Below the pieces are notes generated by a model. That model worked only from the letters and a program-made list of their open reading frames with translations. It was not told where the DNA came from and made no database searches. The position numbers were made by a program, and so were the translations under genes. Of a DNA stretch of 27,737 nucleotides, positions 1 through 8,238 are shown one piece after another (within the stretch, counting starts at the first letter, position 1; each line of letters starts with the position of its first letter). Source of the DNA: a virus (taxonomy: Duplodnaviria > Caudoviricetes); IMG/VR virus record IMGVR_UViG_3300032320_002455, positions 1-27,737 of that record, one strand, 5' to 3'.

Positions 1-1
1 A

Positions 2-121
2 CTTGACGATACCTCCGAAGGCTATGCTTTTGATATGTACTTACCCGAAAGATTTAAAATTTCGACTTTTGAGGATTTCGGTCGTCCATATTGGTATCTA
101 AAGAGTGTAGGTAAGATATAA
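2..121 (+). CDS. 3' end of a hypothetical protein running in from the left edge
   Basis: Open frame from base 2 (LDDTSEGYAFDMYLPERF...YLKSVGKI) to TAA at 119-121, same strand as all neighbours. Confidence 0.6.
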   Translation, partial: LDDTSEGYAFDMYLPERFKISTFEDFGRPYWYLKSVGKI

Positions 122-124
122 ATA
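117..124 (+). promoter_or_regulatory. T4-type late promoter (gp55-dependent)
   Basis: Exact TATAAATA just upstream of a gene start. Confidence 0.65.
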
Positions 125-194
125 AAAAGTATGTAGAAATTGGCCGAGATTCTGGGCCGTGGAAAAATGTATAAATCGAAACTTGGAGATATGT

Positions 195-578
195 ATGGAA
201 CTAATTATTAGCATTATAGCAGTAGCGATTATAGTATACTTTGGATATGAGTTCTTTTTAAATAAAGACAAAGCGGATGGTTCGCATCCTCTGGATTCGG
301 TAACAACACGTACGGAACCTACGATTGAACCGATTGTAGTAAAAGAAGCAACCCAAGCGCCAGTAGAACCTGTGGTACACTTCATTGATGATGCAATGGC
401 GACGGTTGTAACACCAACAATAGAGGAGAATGATATGGCAACTAAGAAATCTGCCCCAGCACCAGTTAAAGAAGCAGCGCCAGCACCAGTTAAAGAAGCA
501 GCGCCAGCACCTGCTAAAGAAACTGTTAAGGCACCAGCGAAAAAAGCAGCTGCACCAGCGAAGAAACCAAAGAAGTAA
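195..578 (+). CDS. Membrane-anchored protein with Pro/Ala/Lys-rich histone-like C-terminus
   Basis: GGAG at 185-188 then ATG 195 (in frame with track ORF 159..578); hydrophobic N-terminus LIISIIAVAIIVYFGY; C-terminal PAK-rich repeats. Confidence 0.7.
   Translation: MELIISIIAVAIIVYFGYEFFLNKDKADGSHPLDSVTTRTEPTIEPIVVKEATQAPVEPVVHFIDDAMATVVTPTIEENDMATKKSAPAPVKEAAPAPVKEAAPAPAKETVKAPAKKAAAPAKKPKK
456..521 (+). repeat. 24-bp coding tandem repeat (PAPVKEAA x2 plus degenerate third copy)
   Basis: ccagcaccagttaaagaagcagcg at 456-479 and 480-503, partial copy 504-521. Confidence 0.9.
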
Positions 579-630
579 TTAGTTCTTTTTATATTATGCC
601 AGACTGTGATTTTTTAAATTAGTTACGAAA

Positions 631-661
631 ACCGGCGGCCATGTCGCCGGTCTTTCCATTT
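631..661 (+). terminator. Probable intrinsic terminator
   Basis: accggcggc-cat-gtcgccggt GC-rich hairpin followed by ctttccattt, intergenic. Confidence 0.6.
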
Positions 662-676
662 GTCAGGAGATAAATT

Positions 677-859
677 ATGTCAACAAAAAAAGGCGGCAAG
701 TCCTCAGATCATAGAGATCCAAACAAGACCAAAACAGGTAAGCCGAAACTTCATTCACAAACACTTGAACAACTAAACACAATGTTGAATTCTGCAAGAC
801 CAAAGAATGTTAATAGTATTAATACCGCGATTACTAAAAAAGCAGGAAGAGGTCGCTAA
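677..859 (+). CDS. Small basic hypothetical protein
   Basis: AGGAG SD upstream; 60 aa, Lys-rich. Confidence 0.7.
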   Translation: MSTKKGGKSSDHRDPNKTKTGKPKLHSQTLEQLNTMLNSARPKNVNSINTAITKKAGRGR

Positions 860-1963
860 ATGACTGTTACCTATGGATCCGCGGCTACACCTAACAATCA
901 GCCGAATTATCAAGATGCTATTAATATTGCAAATCAATTAAGTAATCAAATTGCTCAAATGGCAGGGCAATGTAGTGCTGCTTCACAGCATGAGATTGTT
1001 TACAATATATTGTATAATAAGAATTTACATGTAAGAAATCTACGTGAGTCTTTTTCTAAGAACTATTCTGGGCAAATTTACATTACAGACCACATCTTCC
1101 ATGCAGTAAGGCATAAACCTAAGAATTCTACAATAAATTTCTTTAATATGCAGACTGCTCCTGCTAGTTTTGAGAATTCTATTGTTATTTTAAGTAATAA
1201 TAATATCATGGTTGATGGTACTCTTGATAAATTTATTCAATTATATCAAAATTCACCATCATCTGTGTTTGTAGTATGGGATTTTGACAATCACCACTGG
1301 TTAGCATTGTCTTGTATGCTTGCTGCCTTCAGTGATTTATATGTACCTACACATGCAGACAATCTTGAGCTACTTTCTCGCTTCAATAACACCATGGCAG
1401 GCCCTGTTCCTTCAGGTGTTATCCAATGGCCTAAAGAATTTCTTGAAGAAAACATGGATATTATCACAAAAACCGAAAGATCAGACGAACCTTTAGGTAC
1501 TCACATTGATTATCCGCAATTTATCAACAGAGATCGTATTGTTAAGAAATTATCGAAGCATTTTAGCAAAGTAAAACTTGTTGATGGTTCGTATCATAGC
1601 AGATCAATGGAAGATAGATTCACCGAATGGTGTTCCCATAAGGTACATTGGATAGTTCCGGTGTTAAATGATGCACCTATACGAATTTTTGATGCTTTAA
1701 TAACAGGTGGCATACCAATCGTACCAAAATCACTCAAATACCATAAATCTATAGTAGATATTTGGGATCATGTCGTTTTTTATGATTATCAAGACATCGA
1801 AAATCCAAAACCGATAACCGAAAAAGCAGTCCAAATGTTCAATGAACGAGGAAATCAAGGAGTGCTTGACAGACATCGCCTTTCCTGTTATAATAACCAT
1901 GTAGATAGTCGTGTAGAAACCATTCTAAAGGCGATAGAAGATGAGTTCAACATCAAAACGTAG
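860..1963 (+). CDS. Putative glycosyltransferase-like protein (exostosin/CgeB-like C-terminal domain)
   Basis: 367 aa; C-terminal motif RIFDALITGGIPIV resembles the R.FEA...G.IP motif of these families. Confidence 0.5.
   Translation: MTVTYGSAATPNNQPNYQDAINIANQLSNQIAQMAGQCSAASQHEIVYNILYNKNLHVRNLRESFSKNYSGQIYITDHIFHAVRHKPKNSTINFFNMQTAPASFENSIVILSNNNIMVDGTLDKFIQLYQNSPSSVFVVWDFDNHHWLALSCMLAAFSDLYVPTHADNLELLSRFNNTMAGPVPSGVIQWPKEFLEENMDIITKTERSDEPLGTHIDYPQFINRDRIVKKLSKHFSKVKLVDGSYHSRSMEDRFTEWCSHKVHWIVPVLNDAPIRIFDALITGGIPIVPKSLKYHKSIVDIWDHVVFYDYQDIENPKPITEKAVQMFNERGNQGVLDRHRLSCYNNHVDSRVETILKAIEDEFNIKT
1866..1894 (+). promoter_or_regulatory. Sigma70-type promoter with extended -10
   Basis: TTGACA(1866-1871)-17 nt-TATAAT(1889-1894), TGn before the -10. 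Confidence 0.8.
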
Positions 1964-3077
1964 TACATCGAGCATAGCAAGCAAGGCAGCTGCAAGTATG
2001 TTAACGGGTTCCGAACCAAACGGTTCCCGTTTAATTCCCGACACAGTAACATATAAAGAAGAAATTCAAGTTCTCTTTAATTGGTATAGTGCAGAGAAGA
2101 AACGTTCTGATGCATACAAATATTATTCAGATTATGTTAAAAAATATCGCCCAAAAGATTATAAAATATTCCAAAAGGTAGATGAAGGCAAAATAATTAC
2201 CACACTAGGTTGGCTTGCTCGTTTAGTTATGCGAGGAGCTAAAATTTCAGAAGAACATCAAAAACGATTAGACGACAATATCTCCGTTCTTGTTAATATG
2301 ATTCTACTTGCCGAAACTGTAGAGCAAGTTGAAGAAAAAGAAAAACGAGTTGTAGTAAATATTCAAGAAGCGATTAAAGCTAAAGCTAAAGAATATATTG
2401 GTGAGCTTGAAGGTGCTATTGACGACTTTATTAAATTAGATAAAGAGTTTTCATTAATTGCAGACTTTAAAGGTAAGCAAATACCTGCACCGTATGTATC
2501 AGATATACGTGATTGGGCTGAGGCTAAGCTAACAGAATTTCAAGAAGTGCTAGATAATAATGATTCTCAACTAGTTGAAGGCTATTCGAATTTTAACAAA
2601 CGTAAACTAAAAGCTATTGTTAAAATGTTTGAACAATTCGTCGAAGATTGTAATCTATATGGGCAATTTAAGAAAGCAAATCGTAAACCCCGCCCCGTCA
2701 GAGAAAAACCAGCAGCACAACAAGTTAAAAGTATAAAGTATAAAGCAAAAGACGAAGAGCTTGGACTTGAATCGGAACGACCAATAGATATTGTTGGTGC
2801 GAATCAAGTATGGGTGTTTAATACCAAAACTCGTAAGCTTGCAGTTTATACTTCAGAATCAACAAAAGGCATGACTGTTAAAGGAACCACCATACAAAAT
2901 TGGACTCCTGAAAAATCCACACAAAAGACATTACGTAAACCTGCAGAACAAATTAAAGAGCTTCTTGGCTTAGGTAAAGTTAAACTAAGAACATTTATGG
3001 ATAGTGTAAAATCTAAGGAACAGAATGTTAACGGAAGGATAAATATAGATACAGTCATATTAAAAATTATGAGGTAA
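1941..3077 (+). CDS. Conserved T4-like phage hypothetical protein
   Basis: 378 aa ORF with own promoter; C-terminal WVFNTKTRKL...QKTLRKP...NGRIN pattern familiar from T4-like phages. Confidence 0.75.
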   Translation: MSSTSKRSTSSIASKAAASMLTGSEPNGSRLIPDTVTYKEEIQVLFNWYSAEKKRSDAYKYYSDYVKKYRPKDYKIFQKVDEGKIITTLGWLARLVMRGAKISEEHQKRLDDNISVLVNMILLAETVEQVEEKEKRVVVNIQEAIKAKAKEYIGELEGAIDDFIKLDKEFSLIADFKGKQIPAPYVSDIRDWAEAKLTEFQEVLDNNDSQLVEGYSNFNKRKLKAIVKMFEQFVEDCNLYGQFKKANRKPRPVREKPAAQQVKSIKYKAKDEELGLESERPIDIVGANQVWVFNTKTRKLAVYTSESTKGMTVKGTTIQNWTPEKSTQKTLRKPAEQIKELLGLGKVKLRTFMDSVKSKEQNVNGRINIDTVILKIMR

Positions 3078-3079
3078 CT

Positions 3080-4051
3080 ATGTCCTTTTTAAAATTAAAT
3101 TATTGTCAACTAATTAAGATTGTTCTTTCTCAGATTGGCGGTAATCCATTACAACAAGTTTATTCACAATTAAGCCAAGGTGTTCCTCAAATAACGGCAA
3201 AGTCGGGTATTTTACCTTCTGGCTTCGGTGAGGTTAAGGCATTAATTGAACAAGTAACAACCGCAATCAATGCAGCACAACAAGCAGTCAATAGCTTTGA
3301 TGATACTATCGAAAGGCTAGGAACACAATTTTATCAAAATCCAATTGGTACGGTTTTAACAAGTACTCGAAACGTAGCTAACTCTAGAGGTAGTTACATT
3401 GATTCGCAATTAGCTTGGTACACACCGACTGCTGCAAATACTGTAATACGAGGAACGTTGACACAAGAAAAAAGTGATCTTGGTAATTTAAATTCTTCAT
3501 TAGCTACATATAAAACTAATACTGATAGATTATCGGGTGTAGGTACAATGTCGGGGTCGGCGGCGGCAGGTGGATGTTCATTACAAGACTTATTAGGCTC
3601 AGCATGTGCTCCGAATCAAGATGTACCCGATATAGATTTACAAAGTTTAGTTACGTCATTGAAGCAAGGTGATGCCATTGCTGCATTGCAAGAAAAAATT
3701 AGTAGTGCATCAGGATATTCTGATTATCAGCAAGCAATGGCAACATTTCAATCTACAGTAAATGGCTTTAATACTAATTTTAATAATTTAATTAATAAGG
3801 CGGCAATTCGAAGTGCAGTAACTTCTCAGCTTACGCAAATAGTTTATAATCTTATAACAGGTTGCGGTAATCAAGTATTTGAATTAACATTAAATCCTAC
3901 AGTTAAGGCAGCAATCACACCTTATGCTGCTTCAGTACAAAAACAACAATTAACTGGAGAATATTACGATTCATTCGGAAATGCAATAGCCATTGAGGAA
4001 GGCCAAGATGAAATTACTCCGATACAGGCAAATGTAACTATAAACATATAA
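3080..4051 (+). CDS. Hypothetical protein, possibly virion-associated, helical
   Basis: 323 aa, Gln/Ser/Thr/Ala/Asn-rich, low charge. Confidence 0.65.
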   Translation: MSFLKLNYCQLIKIVLSQIGGNPLQQVYSQLSQGVPQITAKSGILPSGFGEVKALIEQVTTAINAAQQAVNSFDDTIERLGTQFYQNPIGTVLTSTRNVANSRGSYIDSQLAWYTPTAANTVIRGTLTQEKSDLGNLNSSLATYKTNTDRLSGVGTMSGSAAAGGCSLQDLLGSACAPNQDVPDIDLQSLVTSLKQGDAIAALQEKISSASGYSDYQQAMATFQSTVNGFNTNFNNLINKAAIRSAVTSQLTQIVYNLITGCGNQVFELTLNPTVKAAITPYAASVQKQQLTGEYYDSFGNAIAIEEGQDEITPIQANVTINI

Positions 4052-4067
4052 CATAGGAAATTTTATT

Positions 4068-4949
4068 ATGATAGTCGTTGACTTTAATCAAACAGCAATA
4101 TCAAATCTAATGGCTGAGGTGGGTGGTCGTAATGATATTGAAATTGAAGTACCATTGCTTAGACATATGATTATAAATTCTATAAGAGGTTATAAACAGA
4201 AATTTGGCAAGGCATATGGTGAAATTGTTATAGCATGCGACAATCAAAACTATTGGCGCAGAAAAGAATTTCCGTATTATAAAGCTGGTCGTAAAAAAGC
4301 AAGAGAGGAATCAGGCTTTGACTGGAAATTAATTTTTGAAGCATTGACTCAAATACGAGAAGAAATTAATGATTATTTTCCTTATAAGGTTATTAACATC
4401 GATGGCGCCGAGGCAGATGATATTATTGCAGTATTAGCAGAGTGGTCTCAAACAAATGATCTAGAAGATAATCTATTTCCTGAGCCTAGACCATTTTTAG
4501 TTCTTTCGGGAGATCATGATTTTATTCAATTACAAAAATGGAATAGTGTTACTCAATTTTCTCCGGTACAAAAGAAATATGTTAAACCTGAAGTGAGCCC
4601 CGAAAAATATGCTTTTGAACATATCATCAAGGGAGATAAGGGTGATGGTATTCCTAACGTATTATCTGCAGATGATAGTATTGTAAATGGTGTTCGACAA
4701 AAACCAATTATGCAAAAGAAATTAGATGAATGGTTTAAATATCCTGAGAAAATGCCGCAGGATGCAGACTTCAAGAAAAACTATGACCGTAATAAAAAAT
4801 TGGTAAGCTTCGATAGTATTCCAAAGCACGTTAAAGATGCTATTATAAATAGTTACGTAGGACAACCGGAAAAAGATAAAAGCAAGTTACTTAACTTCTT
4901 TATTCAAAATAAAATGAAGAACATGATGAGTCTAATCGAGGAATTTTAA
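4068..4949 (+). CDS. rnh: T4-like RNase H (5'-3' exonuclease, FEN family)
   Basis: N-terminal VDFNQ, YWRR..FPYYK..RK, EADDIIA, SGDHDFIQL, KGDKGDGIPN motifs. Confidence 0.93.
   Translation: MIVVDFNQTAISNLMAEVGGRNDIEIEVPLLRHMIINSIRGYKQKFGKAYGEIVIACDNQNYWRRKEFPYYKAGRKKAREESGFDWKLIFEALTQIREEINDYFPYKVINIDGAEADDIIAVLAEWSQTNDLEDNLFPEPRPFLVLSGDHDFIQLQKWNSVTQFSPVQKKYVKPEVSPEKYAFEHIIKGDKGDGIPNVLSADDSIVNGVRQKPIMQKKLDEWFKYPEKMPQDADFKKNYDRNKKLVSFDSIPKHVKDAIINSYVGQPEKDKSKLLNFFIQNKMKNMMSLIEEF
4844..4851 (+). promoter_or_regulatory. T4-type late promoter inside the rnh 3' end
   Basis: Exact TATAAATA about 100 nt upstream of ATG 4952. Confidence 0.6.
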
Positions 4950-4951
4950 AA

Positions 4952-5452
4952 ATGAAAACATCCGTACCGCAGGTGCTAGAAGAAGTAGAAAAGGCACCTA
5001 CACGAGAATTAAAAATAAAAGTATTAAGATCGTATGATCATGTGGTTGTACGAGGATTACTACGTATAAATTTTGATGAAAATATTAAAATGAGTTTACC
5101 AGAAGGAGAACCTCCATTTAAAAAGGACACTTCTGTCCCTGCAGGTTATTCTGAAACAAATCTATTTACAGAGTTTAGAAGATTTTATATTTGGTTAAAC
5201 AAAGATGTCAATGTTACGCAAATAAGAAAAGAACAATTGTTTATTCAGATGTTAGAAGGTATACATTGGTCTGAGGCGGAATTGATTTGTCTTGCAAAAG
5301 ATGGAAAAATACAAACCAAATATAAATCGGTTAAAGAAGATTTAGTTAGAGAAGCATATCCAGAACTTATGCCTCCCAAAGTTATACAAGTTAAATCTGA
5401 AGAACAAAAGGCTAAACCTGCAAAAAAGAAGGCTTCTTTGGACGTATCCTGA
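4952..5452 (+). CDS. Conserved T4-like phage hypothetical protein (short form, 166 aa)
   Basis: GAGG SD; LPEGEPPF, RKEQLFIQMLEG.H..EAE motifs typical of the gene following rnh in T4-like phages. Confidence 0.8.
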   Translation: MKTSVPQVLEEVEKAPTRELKIKVLRSYDHVVVRGLLRINFDENIKMSLPEGEPPFKKDTSVPAGYSETNLFTEFRRFYIWLNKDVNVTQIRKEQLFIQMLEGIHWSEAELICLAKDGKIQTKYKSVKEDLVREAYPELMPPKVIQVKSEEQKAKPAKKKASLDVS

Positions 5453-5583
5453 CCTGGTTCAAAGAAGAGCCTCCTCCGGAACCGAAGGAACAATGGTCAG
5501 ACTTGGGATCCTTGCCTCCGGATCCAATATATGATGCAAGATTAGTTAGCCAATACAAATACAGAGCATTTGACAAATATTGA
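5422..5583 (+). other. Candidate -1 programmed ribosomal frameshift site and 52-codon extension frame
   Basis: In-phase A_AAA_AAG at 5422-5428; 11-bp hairpin 5433-5443/5457-5467; -1 frame open to TGA 5581-5583. Confidence 0.65.
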
Positions 5584-5598
5584 AAAAGGTGTTATAAT
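5570..5598 (+). promoter_or_regulatory. Sigma70-type promoter with extended -10
   Basis: TTGACA(5570-5575)-17 nt-TATAAT(5593-5598), preceded by GGTGT. Confidence 0.85.
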
Positions 5599-5622
5599 AG
5601 TATTATATTATTAGGAGGGCTT

Positions 5623-6003
5623 ATGTCTATGCATTTGGTTGGTCCTTGGTTGACTACAGGTGGTAAGAAAAAAGGTAAGCAAAAATTTCGTAATTCTGAA
5701 CAAGCAAAAAAAGCACGTGAATTAGATTCTAACTGGGAGCAGCTTTTATCTAAGCATGGTGAGACTTCTAAAAAGGAAAAGAAGTCATTTAAAAAATTAT
5801 CATATTCTTTATCGGTGCCAGAAGGACGTAGCACTAAACACATCAAAAGTGTTGATTCGGGACATCTAGGTGCGGTAACAACTAAACAGCCAATGCAATA
5901 TACTGGAGATAAAATTATAGGTATTGGCACCATGCATAAATCTAATGCAGTTCCCATTTTTACTGATGATGAGGCCAAAGCAATATCTAGTATGAGGAGA
6001 TAG
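5623..6003 (+). CDS. Conserved phage hypothetical protein
   Basis: AGGAGG SD; C-terminal YTG..IIGIGTMHKSNAVPI motif. Confidence 0.8.
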   Translation: MSMHLVGPWLTTGGKKKGKQKFRNSEQAKKARELDSNWEQLLSKHGETSKKEKKSFKKLSYSLSVPEGRSTKHIKSVDSGHLGAVTTKQPMQYTGDKIIGIGTMHKSNAVPIFTDDEAKAISSMRR

Positions 6004-6010
6004 AAATTAA

Positions 6011-6334
6011 GTGATCACTATCACAACAGAAGCAGCAAAGAAAATTAAAACTATTATTGATGAGGAAGATTCTTCACTAAAGTTGCGGGTTTTTGTTCAA
6101 GGTGGCGGCTGCACAGGATTTCAGTATGGATTCTCATTGGAAGAATTACCTCCAGCAGAAGATGATTTTGTTTTTGATAAAGATGGAATTTCAGTCATTA
6201 TAGATAGTGTAAGTTTGCAATATTTGAATGAATCAGAATTAGACTATACTCAAAGTTTAGCGGGCGCAAACTTTACTATCCGTAATCCTAATGTCAAAGC
6301 AACCTGTGGTTGCGGTTCTTCCTTTGCGGTATAA
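6011..6334 (+). CDS. erpA: A-type Fe-S cluster carrier (ErpA/IscA/HesB family)
   Basis: [17 protein letters not shown] and C-terminal TCGCGSSF motifs. Confidence 0.9.
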   Translation: MITITTEAAKKIKTIIDEEDSSLKLRVFVQGGGCTGFQYGFSLEELPPAEDDFVFDKDGISVIIDSVSLQYLNESELDYTQSLAGANFTIRNPNVKATCGCGSSFAV

Positions 6335-6339
6335 GTATA

Positions 6340-6651
6340 ATGTCCGAAGAAGAAGATCCAAAAAAACAACTTGACAAATATAAAACTAAAAAGAAAAAAC
6401 TAGATATTGTTGAAGGTTTGCTCAGTGATGCCAAGAGTTATGAGGGTAAGTTAGAGGCAGTTAAAATTATTGCAGAACGAGAAAAGAACAGAACTATATT
6501 ATTAATTAAAGGTATGATAGCAAAAGCCGACGAGGATCGTGCTAAAATAGCAGCAGCACAAGAGAAGGCAAAGCGTGAAACATTAGAGAAAGAAGCATTA
6601 GAGCGTGCTGCAAAAATAGCAAAAGACAAGTTAACTAAAAAGAAAAAATGA
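6340..6651 (+). CDS. Hypothetical coiled-coil protein
   Basis: ATG 6340 just after the erpA stop; Lys/Glu/Ala-rich. Confidence 0.7.
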   Translation: MSEEEDPKKQLDKYKTKKKKLDIVEGLLSDAKSYEGKLEAVKIIAEREKNRTILLIKGMIAKADEDRAKIAAAQEKAKRETLEKEALERAAKIAKDKLTKKKK

Positions 6652-6914
6652 AACAGTTATTAGAGATACTGCCAAAACTCTTAGAATTGATGCCTGGTAT
6701 AGTTAAGTACTTAAAGTATATACCTATTTTAATGATTCTTGGCGGTATAGGATATGGTGTGTATGGATTTACTCAGTCATATAGAGATCCATTTAAATGT
6801 GTAAACAATGAAGTATATGAGCAAATAAGAGTTGATTCAGGTGTATATGTCTTTAAAGGTGGATATTGTGTCGAAGATACATCTAAACCAAAGGAAGAAG
6901 CTAAAGAGGAATAA
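6648..6914 (+). CDS. Hypothetical membrane protein
   Basis: ATGA overlap with upstream gene; one TM segment and a Cys pair. Confidence 0.7.
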   Translation: MKQLLEILPKLLELMPGIVKYLKYIPILMILGGIGYGVYGFTQSYRDPFKCVNNEVYEQIRVDSGVYVFKGGYCVEDTSKPKEEAKEE

Positions 6915-6916
6915 TT

Positions 6917-7258
6917 ATGAAAACAGATCGTCCATGGGGTTATTATACAGTATTGCATGAGGACGGCAATGAAGTTAAGGTGAAAGAACTTACCGTTAAT
7001 CCTGGTAATTGCTTAAGTATGCAAAAGCATAAACAACGAGCAGAGCATTGGTTTGTGGTTTCAGGTATAGCTGAGGTGTATACTTTAGATTCAAGAAAAA
7101 CCGAAAGAGAATTATTAGGTATTTTCCATAGACATCAAAGTTTACATATCAAAAGAGAAGAGTGGCATCAACTATGTAATCCAGGTAATGAGCCATTAAA
7201 AATTGTAGAAATACAATATGGTGAAAATTGTATTGAGGAAGATATTGAAAGGAAATAA
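6917..7258 (+). CDS. Mannose-6-phosphate isomerase type II-like cupin
   Basis: RPWG.Y, LSMQKH..RAEHWFVV, H.L.NPG..PL.IVEIQYG....EEDIER. Confidence 0.88.
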   Translation: MKTDRPWGYYTVLHEDGNEVKVKELTVNPGNCLSMQKHKQRAEHWFVVSGIAEVYTLDSRKTERELLGIFHRHQSLHIKREEWHQLCNPGNEPLKIVEIQYGENCIEEDIERK

Positions 7259-7261
7259 ATT

Positions 7262-7540
7262 ATGACAGTCCCCTCGAATCCGAAAGATCGTAAAGCAATT
7301 TACGATTGTATGAAAGAAATTAGTAATAGTATGGCACGTATTGAAGCAGAACGTGATCTTATTAAAACTGCAATTAATGATATCTGTGAAGAACAGAATC
7401 TATCTAAAAAGACTTTTAGACGTATGGCTAAAGTCTATCATAAGCAAAATTTTAAGCAGGAAATTCAAGAGCAGGAAGAGTTTGAAAAGTTATATGAAAC
7501 TATAACCAACACTACAACAATGGAGAAAGAATATGCGTAA
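7262..7540 (+). CDS. dsbA: T4 DsbA-like double-stranded DNA-binding protein
   Basis: 92 aa; KEIS.SM.RIEAE...IK, MAKVYHKQNF, LYE pattern. Confidence 0.75.
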   Translation: MTVPSNPKDRKAIYDCMKEISNSMARIEAERDLIKTAINDICEEQNLSKKTFRRMAKVYHKQNFKQEIQEQEEFEKLYETITNTTTMEKEYA

Positions 7541-7991
7541 AATTACTTTGACATGTGAAGAACTTGGTAATAATAATGTTACCATAACATTCAATGATGT
7601 GTCCCATGCCCCGTACAAGGTGTTAGATCAAATTGATAAATTTTTAAATGCAGCAGGTTATGAACTTGATGGTAATCTCGCAAAAATGTGGGCAAATCAA
7701 AAAGGCGCATCAACAGACAACAATCTAAAGCCAAACTATAGTTGGCAAAGTGAATGGAACGGTAGTCTTACCTCACCAACATTAACTTCTATAGATCTAA
7801 GTGCATTGACGGCTAAACCGTTAGGGCCAACATTCACATCTGAACAAATTCAAAATTTTACTGTGACTAATTTAAGTGATTCTCATTATGGCGTATGGAA
7901 AGATTGGAAACCTGCCCCTACAATGGCACCATTAACAACAGAATCAATTCGAGCACTTACGACTGCTGACCTTGCAGCGTGGAAACTATAA
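7533..7991 (+). CDS. Hypothetical protein
   Basis: GGAG SD, 152 aa ORF, Ser/Thr-rich tail. Confidence 0.7.
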   Translation: MRKITLTCEELGNNNVTITFNDVSHAPYKVLDQIDKFLNAAGYELDGNLAKMWANQKGASTDNNLKPNYSWQSEWNGSLTSPTLTSIDLSALTAKPLGPTFTSEQIQNFTVTNLSDSHYGVWKDWKPAPTMAPLTTESIRALTTADLAAWKL

Positions 7992-8191
7992 TGACACCAA
8001 ACCAATTTATTCTTGAAGCCAAGTATTTGGATAAGATTAAAAGAGTTAAAAGAAAAACAATCGTTGGTGTTTTTCCTAGTTTGGAATCAATTGAGCCGGT
8101 TAAAGAAAAATTAACAGCTAAAGAATCTAAGTATACTGTTATATTTTCAATAACTTCTAGATACGACCCATTCTTAATAAAAATTGCTTGA
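7991..8191 (+). CDS. Hypothetical protein
   Basis: TAATG stop/start coupling at 7989-7993. Confidence 0.6.
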   Translation: MTPNQFILEAKYLDKIKRVKRKTIVGVFPSLESIEPVKEKLTAKESKYTVIFSITSRYDPFLIKIA

Positions 8192-8231
8192 CTTCTTTAC
8201 CCCTTGGTGTTATAATTGAGGGGTAAAGGAG
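8188..8231 (+). promoter_or_regulatory. Sigma70-type promoter embedded in an SD-sequestering inverted repeat
   Basis: TTGACT(8188-8193)-17 nt-TATAAT(8211-8216); arms ctttacccct 8195-8204 / aggggtaaag 8219-8228. Confidence 0.8.
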
Positions 8232-8238
8232 ATAAAAT

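Noticed and set aside
131-136. ATG-TAG start-stop element right after the late promoter
   Set aside because: Too short to distinguish from chance in AT-rich DNA.
456-521. Tandem repeat as CRISPR array or origin iteron
   Set aside because: No spacers, and the 24-bp unit is in frame and encodes a peptide repeat.
6371-6376. TTGACA as a promoter -35
   Set aside because: No -10 hexamer at 16-18 nt spacing.
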